Origin: the human T2T-CHM13v2.0 reference genome, Homo sapiens
Reading direction: 5' to 3' (one strand)
NCBI RefSeq assembly: GCF_009914755.1
Contig: NC_060947.1
Length of the DNA stretch: 64,000 bases
The position numbers and the translations under genes are program-made. Under the pieces are notes generated by a model that was given only the letters and a program-made list of their open reading frames with translations, searched no databases and had not been told where the DNA came from. Shown piece after piece: positions 39,601 through 53,050 of the stretch. How positions within the stretch are numbered: the first letter of the stretch is position 1; every line of letters starts with the position of its first letter.

Positions 39601-42410
39601 TATCTTTTGCATGTGCTGTTGGATTCAGTTTGCTAGTATTTTTTTGAGAATTTTTGCATCTACGTTAATCAGGGGTAGTGGCCTGTAGTTTTCTTTTTTT
39701 GTTGTGCTCCTGTTTGGTTTTGGTATTAGGGTAATGCTGGCTTTAAACAACAAATTAGAAAGAATTTCCTCCCTTTTCTATTTTTGGAATGGTTTGGGAG
39801 AATTGGTTTTAGTTCTTCTTTAGAGGTTTGGTGGAATTTGGCAGCAAAGTCAAAAGGTCCTGGACATTTTTTTGTTGGGAGACTTTTTATTACTGATTCA
39901 GTCTCATTACTGATTATTGTCTGCTTAGTGTTTTTACTTCTTCCTGATTCAATCTTGGTAGATTGTATGGTTCCAGAAATTTATTTGTTTCCTCAAGGCT
40001 TTCTAGTTTCTTAATGTATAGTTGTTCATGGTAACATCTGACAATCTTTTGTATTTCTGTGGTATCAGTTGTAATGATTTATTTTTTATTCTGATTTTAT
40101 TGCATCTTTTTTTCTTGGTTAGTCTAGCTAGTGGTTTATTGATTTTATCTTTTTAAAATATCTACTTTTTATTTTGTTCTTTCTTTTTTTAGTCCATTTC
40201 ATTTAGCTCTGCTCTGATTTTTCTTATGCATTTATTTCTATTAATTTTGTGTTTCATTTGTTCTTAATTTATAGTTCTTGAGGTGGATTGTTAGATTGTT
40301 TATTTAAAAATCTTTCTTCTTTTTGATGTAGGCATTTATTGCTATAAAATTCCCCTCTTAGTACTGATTTTACTGTATCTCATAGGTTTTTGTATGCTAT
40401 GTTTTCACTTTCATTTGTTTCAAGAATTTTTATCATTTCCTTCTTAATTTCTTCATTGACCCAATGGTTATTCAGGACCATGCTTAATTTCCATGTATTT
40501 ATACAATTTCTAAAGTTTTTCTTGCTGTTGATTTCTAGTTTTATTTCATTGTGATCTGAGAAAATACTTGATATGATTGCTATTTTTAAAAATTTGTTGA
40601 CTTGTTTTGTAGTCTAACATATGGTCTATCCTGGCGAATGTTCCATGTGCTTATGAGAGGAATGTGTTTTCTGCAACTGTTGGACAAAATGTTCTGTAAA
40701 TGTCTGTTAGGTATATTTGATCTATTGTACAATGTAAATCCAATGTTTCTTTGTTGCTTTTATGCCTAGATGATCTCTCTAATGCTAAGAGTGGGGTGTT
40801 GATGTCCTCAGCTATAACTGTATTGGAGTCTGTCTCTCCCTTTAGATCTAATATTATTTGCTTTATATATCTGAGTGCTCTGGTGTTGGGTGCATATATA
40901 TTTGTGATTGTTATATCTTCCTATTGAATTGATGTTTTTATCATTATATAGAGACTTTCTTTGTCTTTTTTTTACTGTTACTGACTTAGAGTCTATTTCA
41001 TCTGACATAATTATAGCTTCTTCTACTTGTTTTTGTTTTCTGTTTGCATGAAAAATTTATTTATTTATTTTATTCTATGTGTGTTCTTAAAGGTGAAGTA
41101 AGTTTCTTGTAGGCATAATGTATTTGAGTGATAGTTTCTTATCCCTTCAGCCAGTCTGTATCTTTTAAGTGGAAAATATAATCTGTTTACATTCAAGGTT
41201 ACTATTCATATGTGAAGATTTATTCCTTTCCTTTTGTTAATTGTTTTCTGGTTGTTTTGTGTATCCTTTTTTCCTTTCTTTCTCTCTTTTTGTTTCTTTA
41301 TGGTTTGGTGGTTTTCTACAGTGGTAACATTTGAGTTCTTTCTGGTCCTCATTGGTGTGTCTGCTCTACCAGTTAGTTTTATCCTTTCTTCTGTTTTCAT
41401 GAGGGTAGATAGCATCCTTTTGATTCTAGGTGTGGGACTTCTTTAGTAGTTCTTATAGGGCTGGTATTGTGTTGATGAATTCCCTCAGTTTTTGATTGTC
41501 CGGGAAAGTATGTCTTTTTTATTTATAAAGAATAACTTTGCTAGTTATACTATTGTTAGTAGAGAGCTGTTTTCCTTTAAGCACTTTGAATATATCATCT
41601 CGTTCTCTTCTGGCCTGCAAGATTTCTGTTGTAAAATTCACTATTATTCTGATAGAGGTTCCCTAACATGTGACTAGATGGTTTTCTCTTGCTGTTTAAA
41701 GAATTCTTTCATTTTCTTTGACTTTGGACAGTTTCACTATAATGTGCTGGGGGAGAAAAGCTTTTTGAATTGTATCTAGTTGGGGATCTCTGAACTTCAT
41801 GTACGTGGATGTCTAAATTTCTTGCTAGACTTGAGAAGTTTCAGCCATTATGTCATTTAATAGGTTTTCATGCTTTAAACTTCTCTACACCTTCTGGTGT
41901 AGAGAAATTCAGATATTTGGTCACTTTGTGGTGTACCATATGTCTTGCAGGCTTTTTGTATTTCTTTTCTTCTTTTTTTGGTCAGACTGGATTATTTTGA
42001 AAGACCTGTCTTCAAATTCTGAAATTCTTCTGCTTGATTTTGGTTATCTTTGAAGCTCTCAGTTGTATTTTTTATTTCATTCATTGAATTCTTCAGTTCT
42101 GAGATTTATGTTTAGTGCATTATTTATTGTTCAATAGAACCAAACCGTTCTTTTCTAATGATATCTATCTCTCTAGTGAATTTCTTATTTATATTCTGAA
42201 TTGCTTTTCTGATTTTTTTGGTATGGGTTATCTGTTTTCTCTTGTATCTCAATGAGTTTATTTAGTATCATAATTTTGAATTCTCTTCACGCAATTAATA
42301 AATTTATTTTATGCTAAAATCTGTTATTGGACAATTATTGTATTCTGTTGAATGCATCATATTTCTTCACTTTTCATGTCCTTGTGTCCTTTTGTTGATA
42401 TCTGTGTATT
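36620..42410 (-). mobile_element. Long L1MA-type element (3' UTR to ORF1), with MST insertion
   Basis: Reverse L1MA 3' end (atacataatatttgtacatacttatggg) then ORF2/ORF1 remnants. Confidence 0.85.
38425..38855 (+). mobile_element. MST (MaLR) solo LTR, MSTB-like
   Basis: ttttggatgtttgtctcctcc…ctcatgttgaaattt…agaaccatgagccaaataaa…actaaaaca; 5-bp TSD-like gggtg/agatg. Confidence 0.85.
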
Positions 42411-42414
42411 AGGT

Positions 42415-45400
42415 GCAGGGTACATAGTAGGTATATGTATTTATGGGGTCCATGAGATGTTTTGATACAGGCATGCAATGCATAATAATCAGACCATAGA
42501 AAAAATATCCATCACCTCAAGCATGTATTCTTTGTGTTACAAACAATCCAATTATACTCTTTCAGCTATTTAAAAATGTACAATTAAATTATTATTTACT
42601 ATAGTTACCCTATCGTGCTATCAAATACTAGGTATTATTCACTCTTTTCAACTAATTTTTTTTGTACTCATTAGCCATCCCCACCCCACTTCAGCCCCAT
42701 GCTACCTTTCTCAGTGTCTAGTAACCATCCTTCTATTGTCTATCTCCATGAGTTCAGTTGTTTTGATTTTTAGATCCCACAAATAAGTGAGAACATATGA
42801 TGTCTTTCTTTCTGTACCTGGGTAATTCCACTTAACATAATGACCTGCAGTTCCATCCATGTTGTTGCAAATGATAGGATCCCATTCTTTTTTTGTGACT
42901 GGATAATACTCTATTGTGTATAAATATCATATTTTGTTTATCCATTCATCTTTCGATGGATACTTAGGTTGCTTCCAAATCTTGGCTATTGTGAACAGTG
43001 CTGCAACAAAGATGAGAAGAGTCCAGATATCTTTTTGGTATACTGATTTTCTTTCCTGTGAATATATACCCAGCAGTGGGATAGCTGGATCATATTGTAG
43101 CCTTATTTTTAATTTTTTGAGGAACATTCAAACTTCTCTTCATAGTGGTTGTACTAATTTATAGAAGTTGCAAACCCTGATGGTCCTCTGCTCTACCAGC
43201 TGAGCTGTCGAAGGGTGTATACTAATTTACATTGCCACCAACAGTGTACAAGAGTTCCCATTTCTGTACATCCTCACCAGCATTTGTTATTGTGTGACAT
43301 TTAAATGTAAGCCATTTTAACTGGGGTGAGATGACACATTGTAGTTGTGATTTGCATTTCTCTGATGATCCATGAGTTTGAGCACTTTTACATATATTTA
43401 TTTGCCATTTGTATGTTTTCTTTTGAGAAATGTCTATTCAAATCTTTTGCCCATTTCTTAATCAGATTATTAGGGTTTTTTCCTATAGAGTTGTTTGATT
43501 TCCTTATATATTTAGGTTATTAATCTCTTGTCAGTTGGGTAGTTTGCAAATATTTCTTCCCAATCTTTGGGTTGTGTGTTCACTTTGCTGATTGTTTCCT
43601 TTACTGTGCAGAAGCTTTTTAATTTGGTGTGATCTCATTTGTCCATTTTTGCTTTGGTTGCCTGTGCTTGGGGGATATTACTCAAGAAATGTTTGCCCAG
43701 ACCAATATCATGGAGATTTTCTCCAATGTGTTCTTGTAGTAGTTTTATAGTTTGAGGTCTTAGATTTAAGTTTTTAATACATTTTGGTTTGATTTTTGTA
43801 TATGATGAGAAATAAGGGTCTAGTTTCCTTCTTCTGCATGTGGACATCCAGTTTTCCTAGCACCATTTATTGAAGATACTGTATTTTCCTCAGTATATGT
43901 TCTTGAAGCCTTTGTCAAAAATGAGATCACTGTAGATGTATGAATTTGTTTGTTGGTTCTCTATTCTGCTCCACTGGTCTATGTTTCTGTTTTTATGCTG
44001 GTACCATCTTGTTTGGGTTATTATAGCTGGTAGTATAATTTTAAGTCAGGTAATGTGATTCTTGAAGTTTTGTTCATTTTGCTTAGAATAGCTTTGGCTA
44101 TTCTGCGTCTATTTTAAAATTGTGTTTTCCATTTCTGTGAGGAATGTCATTGGTATTTTGATAGAGATTGCATTGTATCTGTAGATTGCTTTGGGTAGTA
44201 TGGACATCTTAACAATATTAATTCTTCCAATCAATGAACATGGAATATTCATCTATTTTTGGTGTCTTCTTTGACTTCTTTCATCAATGTTTTATAGTTT
44301 TCATTATAGCAATTTTTGAATTATTTGCTTAATTCCTAGGCATTTTATTTTATTTGTGGCTATTGTAAATGGGATTACTTTTTAATTTCTTTTTTTAGAT
44401 TTTTTACTTTTGGCATATAGAAATGCTACTGATTTTTGTATGTTAATTTTGTATCCTCCGACTTTACTGAATTTGTTTATAAGTTCTAATTTTTTTGGTA
44501 GAGTCTTTGGAGTATTCTAAATATAAGATTATATCATCTGTAAACAAAAAATATTGACTTATTTCTTTCCAATTTGGATGCATTCTATTCCTTTCACTTG
44601 TCTGATTGCTCTAGCTAGGACTTCCAGTACTATGTTTAATAACAGTGGTCAAAAGTGGGCATCCTTGTCATGTTACAAATCTAGGAGGAGAGTTTTTAAG
44701 TTTTTCTCCAATTCAGTATATTAACAGTGGGCCTGTCATATATGGCATTTTTTATGTTGAGGTGTTTCTTCTATACCGAGTTTTTTGAGGATTTTATTAT
44801 GAAGGGATATTGAAATTTATCAAATTCTTTTTAGCACCAATTGAAATGATTGTATAATTTTTGTCCTTTATTCTGATGATACAATGTGTCACCTTGGTTG
44901 TTTTTCCTATATGGAACCATCCTTGCATCCCAGGGTAAATCCTCTATGGTCATGATGAATAATCTTTCTAATGTATTGTTGAATTTGGTTTGCTAGTATG
45001 TTGTTCAGGATTTTTGCATCAATATTTATCAGATATATTGGTCTATGTTTTTTCTTAATGTGTCTTTGTCTGGCTTGGTATCGAAATAATACTGGACTTA
45101 TGGATTGAGTTGGAAAGTGGTCCCTCCTCCTCTATTTTTCAGAATAGTTTGAGTATAATTGGTACTAGTTCTTCTTTAAATGCTTGGCAGAATTCAGCAG
45201 TGGCAGCTTTGTGTCCCAGGCTTTTTTAATTTTTTATTTTTATTTTTTTTCCTATGAGGCTTTTTACTGTGGCTTCAATCTCATTACTTGTTATTGCTCT
45301 TTTAAGGTTTTCCATTTCTTCCTGGTTTAATCTTGGTAGGTTGTATGTGTCTAGGAATTTATTCATTACCTCTAGATTTTCCAATTTATTGGCATATAGT

Positions 45401-46600
45401 TGCTCATAGTAGCCACTAATGATCCCTCGAATTTCTGCAGTATCAGTTGTAATGTCTCTTTTTTCATCTCTATTTCATTTATTTGGATCTTATCTCTTCT
45501 TTTTATGAGTTTCGCTAAAGGCTTGCCAGTTGTGTTTCACCTTTAAAAACCATTTTTTTCATTGATTTTTTGTATTGTTTCATTTTCATTTCAATTTTAG
45601 TTATTTCTGCTTTGATCTGTATTATTTATTTTCTTCTGCTAATTTTGAGTTCGGTTTGCTCTAACTTTTCTAGTTTTTAAAGATGAATTGTTAGCTAGTT
45701 TATTTGAAGCTTTTTTTTAAAAAAATGTAGGCTCTTATAGCTATAAATTTCCCTGTTAGGACTGCTTTGGCTGTATCCCATAGTCTTTGATATATTGTGT
45801 TTCCATTATTATTTGTTTCAATTTTTTTTCAATTTTTTTTGGTTTCTTTATTGATCCACTAGTCACTTAGAAGCATATTATTTAATTTCCATGTATTTGC
45901 ATAGTTTCCAAAGTTGTTCTTGTTATTGATTTCTAGTTTTATTACATTGTAATTAGAAAAGATGGTTGATATTATTTCAGTATTTTTGAATGTTTAAAGA
46001 CTTGTGATTTAACATATTGTCTATCCTTGAGAATGTTCCATATGCTGAGGAAAATAATGTTTATTCAGCAGCTGTTAGATGAAAATTTATTTAAATATTA
46101 AATAGATTCATTTGGTCTATAGTGAAGATTAAGTTTGATGTTTCTTTGTTGATTTACCATCTGTCTAATGCTGAAAGTGGGATGTTGAAGTCTCCAGCTA
46201 TTATTGTATTGGGGCCTATCTCTATTTTTATATTTAATAATATTAGCTTTATATGTCAGGGTGCTCCACTGTTGGGTGCATATGTATTTAAATTCGTTAT
46301 ATCTTCTTGCTGAATTGAGCCCTTTATCTTTATATAGTCACTTTTTTGTGTCTTTTTATAGTTTTTGCCTTGGTAATGCATTTTTTTCTGATACAAGTAT
46401 AGCTACTCCTGCTTTTTTAAAAAAATTTCCATTAGCATGGAATATCTTTTTCCATCCTTTACTTTTCACCTACATGTGTCTTTATAGGTGAAGCATGTTT
46501 CTTATAGGCAACGGATTATTGAGTCTTTTTTTTTATGCATTCAACCACTCTGTGTTTTGTGATTGGAAAGTTTAGTCCATTTACTTTAAATATTATTATT
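42415..46600 (-). mobile_element. L1MA2/3-type element (3' UTR and most of ORF2)
   Basis: gggtacatagtaggtatatgtatttatgggg 3' end; ORF2 peptides e.g. 43635..43847. Confidence 0.85.
43183..43214 (-). pseudogene. tRNA-Tyr 5'-half retrocopy (tailless) inserted in L1
   Basis: Minus strand CCTTCGACAGCTCAGCTGGTAGAGCAGAGGAC matches recalled tRNA-Tyr(GTA) 5' end at 30/32; flanking direct repeat tactaattta at 43152-43161 and 43220-43229. Confidence 0.8.
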
Positions 46601-46679
46601 GATATTTGATATTAAATATTTGTTAATATACCTGTTGGCCAAATGTATGTCTGTTTTTAAGAAATTTCTGTTCAGGTTT

Positions 46680-47020
46680 ATTATGGTTAGAATATATTCC
46701 CTACACAATTTAGCTGTTGCCAATATGATAGTATTAAGTAGAGGCATTAGGTGTTTATTAGACCAAGAGGACTTTTCTTTTGTGAATGGATATAGGTGAC
46801 TTTATAAATACGAGGGAATTTTTTCTTGCTTGCTCTTCCATCTTTCTCCATATGAGGACACAGTTTTTTTTCCTCTGGAGAATGAAGGCCTCACCAAACA
46901 CCAAATCTTGGTGTCTTAGCCTTAGACTTCCAGCTTCCAGAACTGTGAGAAATACATTTCGGTTCTTTATCAATTACCAGTCTGTGATATGCTTTCACAG
47001 TAGAACAAGATGGACTAAGT
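46680..47020 (+). mobile_element. MaLR LTR fragment (MST/MLT1A-like)
   Basis: ttagacttcccagcttccagaactgtgagaaatacatttc…tggactaagtca. Confidence 0.7.
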
Positions 47021-47361
47021 CAAGGTCCTTTGCCCATTTTAGAATTTGGTTATTTCTTTTTTTTTTTTTTTAACTACTGAGTTATTTGAATTTTCTATGT
47101 ATTTTGATATTAACACCTCATCAGATGTATGGATTGAAAACTTTTTCTCTCATTCTGTAGGTTGTGTTTTTACTCTGTTTATTGGTTTCTATGCTCTGCA
47201 GAAGCTTTTTAGCTTGATGAAATTCAACTTGTTTTCTTCTTTTTTGCCTGTGCTTTTAGTGTCATATCTAAAAAATTTTTGCCCAGACTAATGTCATGAG
47301 ATTTTCCCTAGGTATTTTCAGTGGTTTTACAGGTTCTGATCTTACATTTAAGTCTTTAATT

Positions 47362-47693
47362 CATTTGAGGTGGGGCCTTTAAGAGGTGAATGGGTTATGA
47401 GGCCTTTGCTCTGAATTAATGGGTTAATGGATTATAACAGGAGTGAGTAACTTATCACAAGATTGGATCTGTTATAAAAGCCAGTTTGCTTCTCAGTGTG
47501 TCCTCTCACCATGTGATGTCCTGCAGCACCTCAGAACTGTGCAGAGTTCCCATCAGCAAGGAAACTCTCACCAGACATAGCTCCTCGACCTTGGACTTTC
47601 CAGCCTCCAGAAATGTGAGAAATAAATTTATTTTCTTTATAGATTACCCAATTTCAAGTATTCAGTTATAGAAAGAGAAAATGTACTAAGTCA
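47362..47693 (+). mobile_element. MaLR LTR fragment (MST-like)
   Basis: gaggtggggcctttaagaggtg…cagcctccagaaatgtgagaaataaa…gtactaagtca. Confidence 0.75.
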
Positions 47694-47889
47694 TAAGATT
47701 ATTTTAGTGAATGGATGTAATATATGTAGTGATGTATTTGTAGACACATGTTTCATAGATGTCTTAAAAAAATTACTTATAAGTTGTGTTATTAACAGAG
47801 TTAATTTAGGGAATATAAGTGGTTATCCAACTGTAACATATGTAATGGGGTATTTAAAAATACTTTTCTGAAGGAGAAAGTTGCAATTT

Positions 47890-48405
47890 TATTGTATTTT
47901 TATTGAAAAGTAATAATTATATATATTTATGTGGTATGATGTGATGTTTTAATATATGTTTACATTATGAAATGATGAAATCAAGCTTATTAACACATCC
48001 ATCACCTCACATACTCATCCACTTTTTTGTGGTGAGAACATCTGAAGTAAAATCTTTAAGCAACTTTTAAATATATAATGCTTTATTATCAATTATAGTC
48101 ATCAATTTGTACACTACATTACTAAAGCTTATTTTTCCTGTCTAGCTGAAACTTCATACCCTTTGATCAATTTCTCCCCTTTTCTCCATTTTCCCCCTCT
48201 CCAAGCCTCTGGTAACCACTATTCTGCTCTCTACTTCTGTGAGTTCTGCTGTTTTAGATTCCACATATACATGAAATGATGCAGTATTTTCATTTATGTG
48301 CCTAGTTTATTTCACTCGGCATAATATCCTCCAGGTTTACGTATATTGTAGCAAATGATGGAATTTCCTTCTTTTTTAAGGCTGTGTAGTATTCCATTAT
48401 ATGTA

Positions 48406-48439
<34 letters not shown>

Positions 48440-51400
48440 CTTGCACATATTTATATACACATATACATGTCTATAGATTACATTTTTAAAATCATTCTTC
48501 TGTTGATGGAAACTTAAGTTGCTTCCATTTCTTAGCTATTGGCAATGATGCTACAATAAACATTAGAGTGCAGATATCTCCTTAACATACTGATTTCAAA
48601 TCTCTGGACACGTGGCCAGAAGTGGGATTGCTAGATAATATGATAGTTCTAGTTCTAGTTTTCCAAAGAACATCCATACTGCTTTCCAAAGGGAGTATAT
48701 TAATTTATATTCCCACCAGTAGTGCACAAGGGCTATTTTTCTCTACATTCTTGCCAAAATTTATCTTTTTTTAATAAGTTATTCTAACAGATGTGAAGTC
48801 ATATCTTATTGTAGTTTTAATTTGCATTTTCCTAGTATTAAGTGATGTTGAGCATTTATTTATATATTTAATGACCATTTGTAGGTCTGCTTTTGAGAAA
48901 TGTTTATTCAGGTCCTTTGCTCATTTTTAAATTGGGTTAAAATTTAAAATTAAAATTAATTTAATTTAAAATTAAAATTTAAACTTTTTTGCTGAGTTTA
49001 GTTCCTTATATATTTTGAATACTAGTTCCATATCAGATGTATGGTTTGCACATATATTCTTCCAATCTATGGGTTGCCTCTTCACCCCATTGATTGGTTT
49101 CTCTTCTCTGCAGAAGCTTTTCAGTTTGATGCAATTCCACTTAGTTTTTTTTTTTTTTTCTTTTGCATGTGTTTTTGGGTTCATATCCAGGAAATCGTTG
49201 CCCAGACCAATGTGAAAGAGTTTTTCACTTATGTTTTCTGCTATTAATTATACAATTTCAGGTTCCATATTAATCCCTTAATCTAGTTTAAGTTGATTTT
49301 TGTATATGGAGTGAGATGAGCATCTAATTTCATTCTCTTTATGTGGATATCTGGTTTTCCCAGCACCATTTGTTCAAGAGACTGTCCATTCTTCATTGTG
49401 TGTTTTGGGATCTGTGTCAAAGATCAATTGAATATAAAAGCATGGATTTATTTCTTGGCTCTCTATCCTGTTTTATTTATTGGTGTGTCTGTCTTTATAT
49501 TAGTACTATGCTACTCTGATTACAATCACCTTATGGTATATTTTGAAATCAGAGTATGTGATGCTTTCTGACATTTTTCATTTACAAAAGATTTCTTTGG
49601 CTATACTGGGTCTTCTGTGGTTCCATAATTTCTAGGAGTTTTTTTAAAATTTCTGTGAAAAATGACATTAGAATTTTGAAAAAATTGCATTAAATGTTTA
49701 GACAGCTTTGGATAGTGTGGAAAATAACAATAATTTTTTAAAATTCTTAAATGTGGGCTACATTTTCATTTATTTTGTCTTTATTTGATTAATGTTTTAT
49801 AGTTTTCAGTGTACAGATCCTTCAGGAAATCATAAAAATTATTTCTAAATATTTTTGTAGCTATTAAAAATGGAATTGTCTTGATTTCTTTTCAGATAGT
49901 TTATTATTATTGTTTAAAACACAATAGTTTTTTTGTGTATTGATTTTGTAACTGACAAATTTACAGAATTTGTTTATTAATTCTAACAGTTACTTGGTCG
50001 AGTCCTTAGGGTTGACTATATATAAGATCATGTCATCTGCAAAAATAGAAACTTCTTTTTCATATTTGGATTTCTTAAATTTGTTCTCCTTGCCTAATTC
50101 CTCTGGCTATGACTTCCAGTGTTGTGTTGACTAGAAGCGGCAAGAGGGGGCATCCTCATCTTGTTTTTAAGTTTTTTTTTTTTATTTTTATGAGTATATA
50201 GTAGGTGTATATAATTATCAGGTGTACAAGATATTTTGATACAAGAATACAATGTGTAATAATCATATCAGGGTAAATGGGGTGTCCCTCATCTCAATAA
50301 TTTATTACTTCTTTGTATTACAAACATTCCAATCATATTTTTTAAGTTGTTTAAAAATGTACAATTATTGTTGACTGCAGTTATTCTCATGTGCTATCAA
50401 ATACTAGATCTTATTAATTCTATCTAACTGTATGTTTGTACCCATTAACCACCCCCACTCCCCTCCCACACACACTACAGTTCTCAGCCTCTTGAAACCA
50501 TTATTCTATTCTCGATCTCCATTAGTTCAGTTGTTTTAATTTTTAGCTCCCACAAGTGAGTGAGAACATGTGAAGTTTATTTTTGCTTTTGCTGCCCGTG
50601 CTTTTGGGGTCAAATCCAAGAAATCTTTGTCAAGATCAATTTCATGAAGGTTTTCTCCTTTTTATTTTTCTAATAGTTTTATAGTTTTTGGTCTTACGTT
50701 TAAGTCTTTTTTCTATTTTGAATTGATTTTTGTATATGGAATGAGACAAGTGTTCAGTTTCATTCTTCTACCTGTGAATATCTAGTATTTTCAGCACTAT
50801 TTATTGAAGACTGTCTTCTTCCCATTGTAGGTACTTGGCATCTTTGTCAAAGATTAATTAATCAGAGATGAGTAGATTTATTTCTAGGCTCTTCTTTCAG
50901 TTCTGTTGATCTATATGTCTATTTTTCTGCCATACCATGCTGTTTTGATCATTATCAAATCAGCTTTGTAGTTGATTTTGTGACCATGTAGTGTGATGCT
51001 TTCAGCTTTTTTCTTTCTGCTCAAGATTGCTTTGGTTATTTATGATATTTTGTGGTTCCATATGAGTTTTAGGATTGTTTTATTCATTTCTGTGAAAAAG
51101 GTCATTGGAATTTTGATAAAGATTACACTGAATTCAGATTGGCTTTAGTAGTATGAAACTTTAATAATATTATTTCTTTCAATCTATGAACATGGAATAG
51201 CCTTTCTGTTTATTTGCATCTTCTTTAATTTTCTTTATCAATGTTTTATAGTTATCAATGTACAGATTCTTTAACTTTTTGATTAAATGTATTCCAAAGT
51301 ATTTTTGTAACTATTTTAAATAGGATTGCTTTCTTGATATTTTTCAGATAGTTTGTTTTTAACATATACACATGAAACTAACTTTTCTACATTGATTTTG

Positions 51401-53050
51401 TATCCTGAAGCTTTAATGAATTTATTTGTTCTAACAGTTTTTTGCTGGACTTTTCACGGTTTTTCATATTTCAAATAATAGAACACAGACCATTTAACTT
51501 CTTACTTTCCAATTTGAATGGCTTTTATTTATTTTTCTTGCCTAATTGCTCTGGCTAAGAGCTTCTAGTAATATGTTGAGTAGAAGTAATGAGACTGAAT
51601 ATCCTTGTGTTGTTTCTTACCATAGAGAAAAAGGTTTTACTTTTTCACTCTCAAGTTTGATGTTAGCTGTGGGCATGTGATACATGGCCTTTATTCTGTT
51701 GAGGTACATTGTTTTTATACCTAATTGGCTAAGAGTTTTTATCATGAAAGAATGTTGAAAATTTTAAATGCTCTTTGTGCATCTATTTAAATAATCTTAT
51801 AATTTTTATTCTTCATTCTGTTAAAGTGTTGCATCACATATATTGATTAGTGTATGTTGAATTATGCATCTTAGGGAAAATCCTACTTAGTCATTATGAA
51901 TGGCCCTTTTTATTTGGTATTAAATTTGTCGTGTTAGTATTTTTTGAAGATTTTCTTTGTATTTGTGTTCATCAGGGATATTGGCGTGTAATTATTTTTC
52001 TCAGACTATTTGTGTCTGCCTCTGGTGTTAGGGCATTGCTTGCCTAGTACATGTTTTTAAAAGCATTCCCTCATTTTTAATTTATAGAAAAGAACTTTAG
52101 CAGGATTTGTATTAGCTCTTTCTTAAATATTTGATAAAATGTAGTCAAAAAGCCATCTGATTCTGGGTTTTTCCTTTTGGGGCGTTTTGAATACTAATTA
52201 GATCTTTTTATTATTGGTATAAGATTCTTTATTTCTTCATGATTCAGTTTTCATAGGTTATATTATTGTATGAATTTATTCATTTCTTCTAGATTATCCA
52301 ATTTGGCAGTATGTGATTACTCATAATGGTTTCTTATGATTTTTTTTATTTCTGTACTATCAGTTGTAATGTATCCTTTGTATTTCTGAGGTATCAGTTA
52401 TAATGCATCTTTTCACTTTTCTAATTTTGTATATTTAAATCTCTCTTCTTTTATAGTGTAGCAAAAGTTTCCTTGATTCTGTTTATCATTTTTACAAAAC
52501 TAACTCTTGTTTACCTTTCCTGTTGTTTTTCTAGTCTATTTTATTTATGCTCTGATCTTTGTTTCTGCCTTCTTACACTAACTTTGGGCTTAGTTTACAC
52601 ATCTTCACTCAGCTCCTTGAGATCTTATGTTAGGTTGTTTGTTTGAGATCATTCTTCTTTTTTGATGCATTCATTTATTACAATTAGCTTCTCTCTTAGA
52701 ACTACTTTTGCTACATCTAAATGGTTTGTAAATGTTGTGGTTCTATTTTATTTTCTCTCAAGATATTTTTTATTTCTCTGTTAAGTTCTCCTTTGATCCA
52801 TGGGTTGTTTGGTAGCGTGCTGTTTAATTTCCATATATTTGCAAATTTTCCTGTATTTTTTTCTTGTTGATTCCTAGTTTCATATCATCGTAGTCAAAGA
52901 AGAAACTTAACATAATTTATATCTTCTGAAATTTGTTATGACTTCTTTTGTGGCCCAACATATGACCTATCTCAAAAAGTATTCCACGTATGCTTGACAG
53001 AAATACATACTTTACTGTTTTTGGATAGAATGTTTTGTATGTGTGTTCAC
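47890..53050 (-). mobile_element. Stack of old L1MA/L1M fragments (at least three, including a separate 3' end at ~50180-50580)
   Basis: Repeated reverse L1 3' UTR and ORF2 sequence; (TA)n at 48411-48439. Confidence 0.8.

Noticed and set aside
48938-48983. AT-only quasi-palindrome (ttaaaatttaaaattaaaattaattt…)
   Set aside because: Low-complexity slippage expansion within an L1
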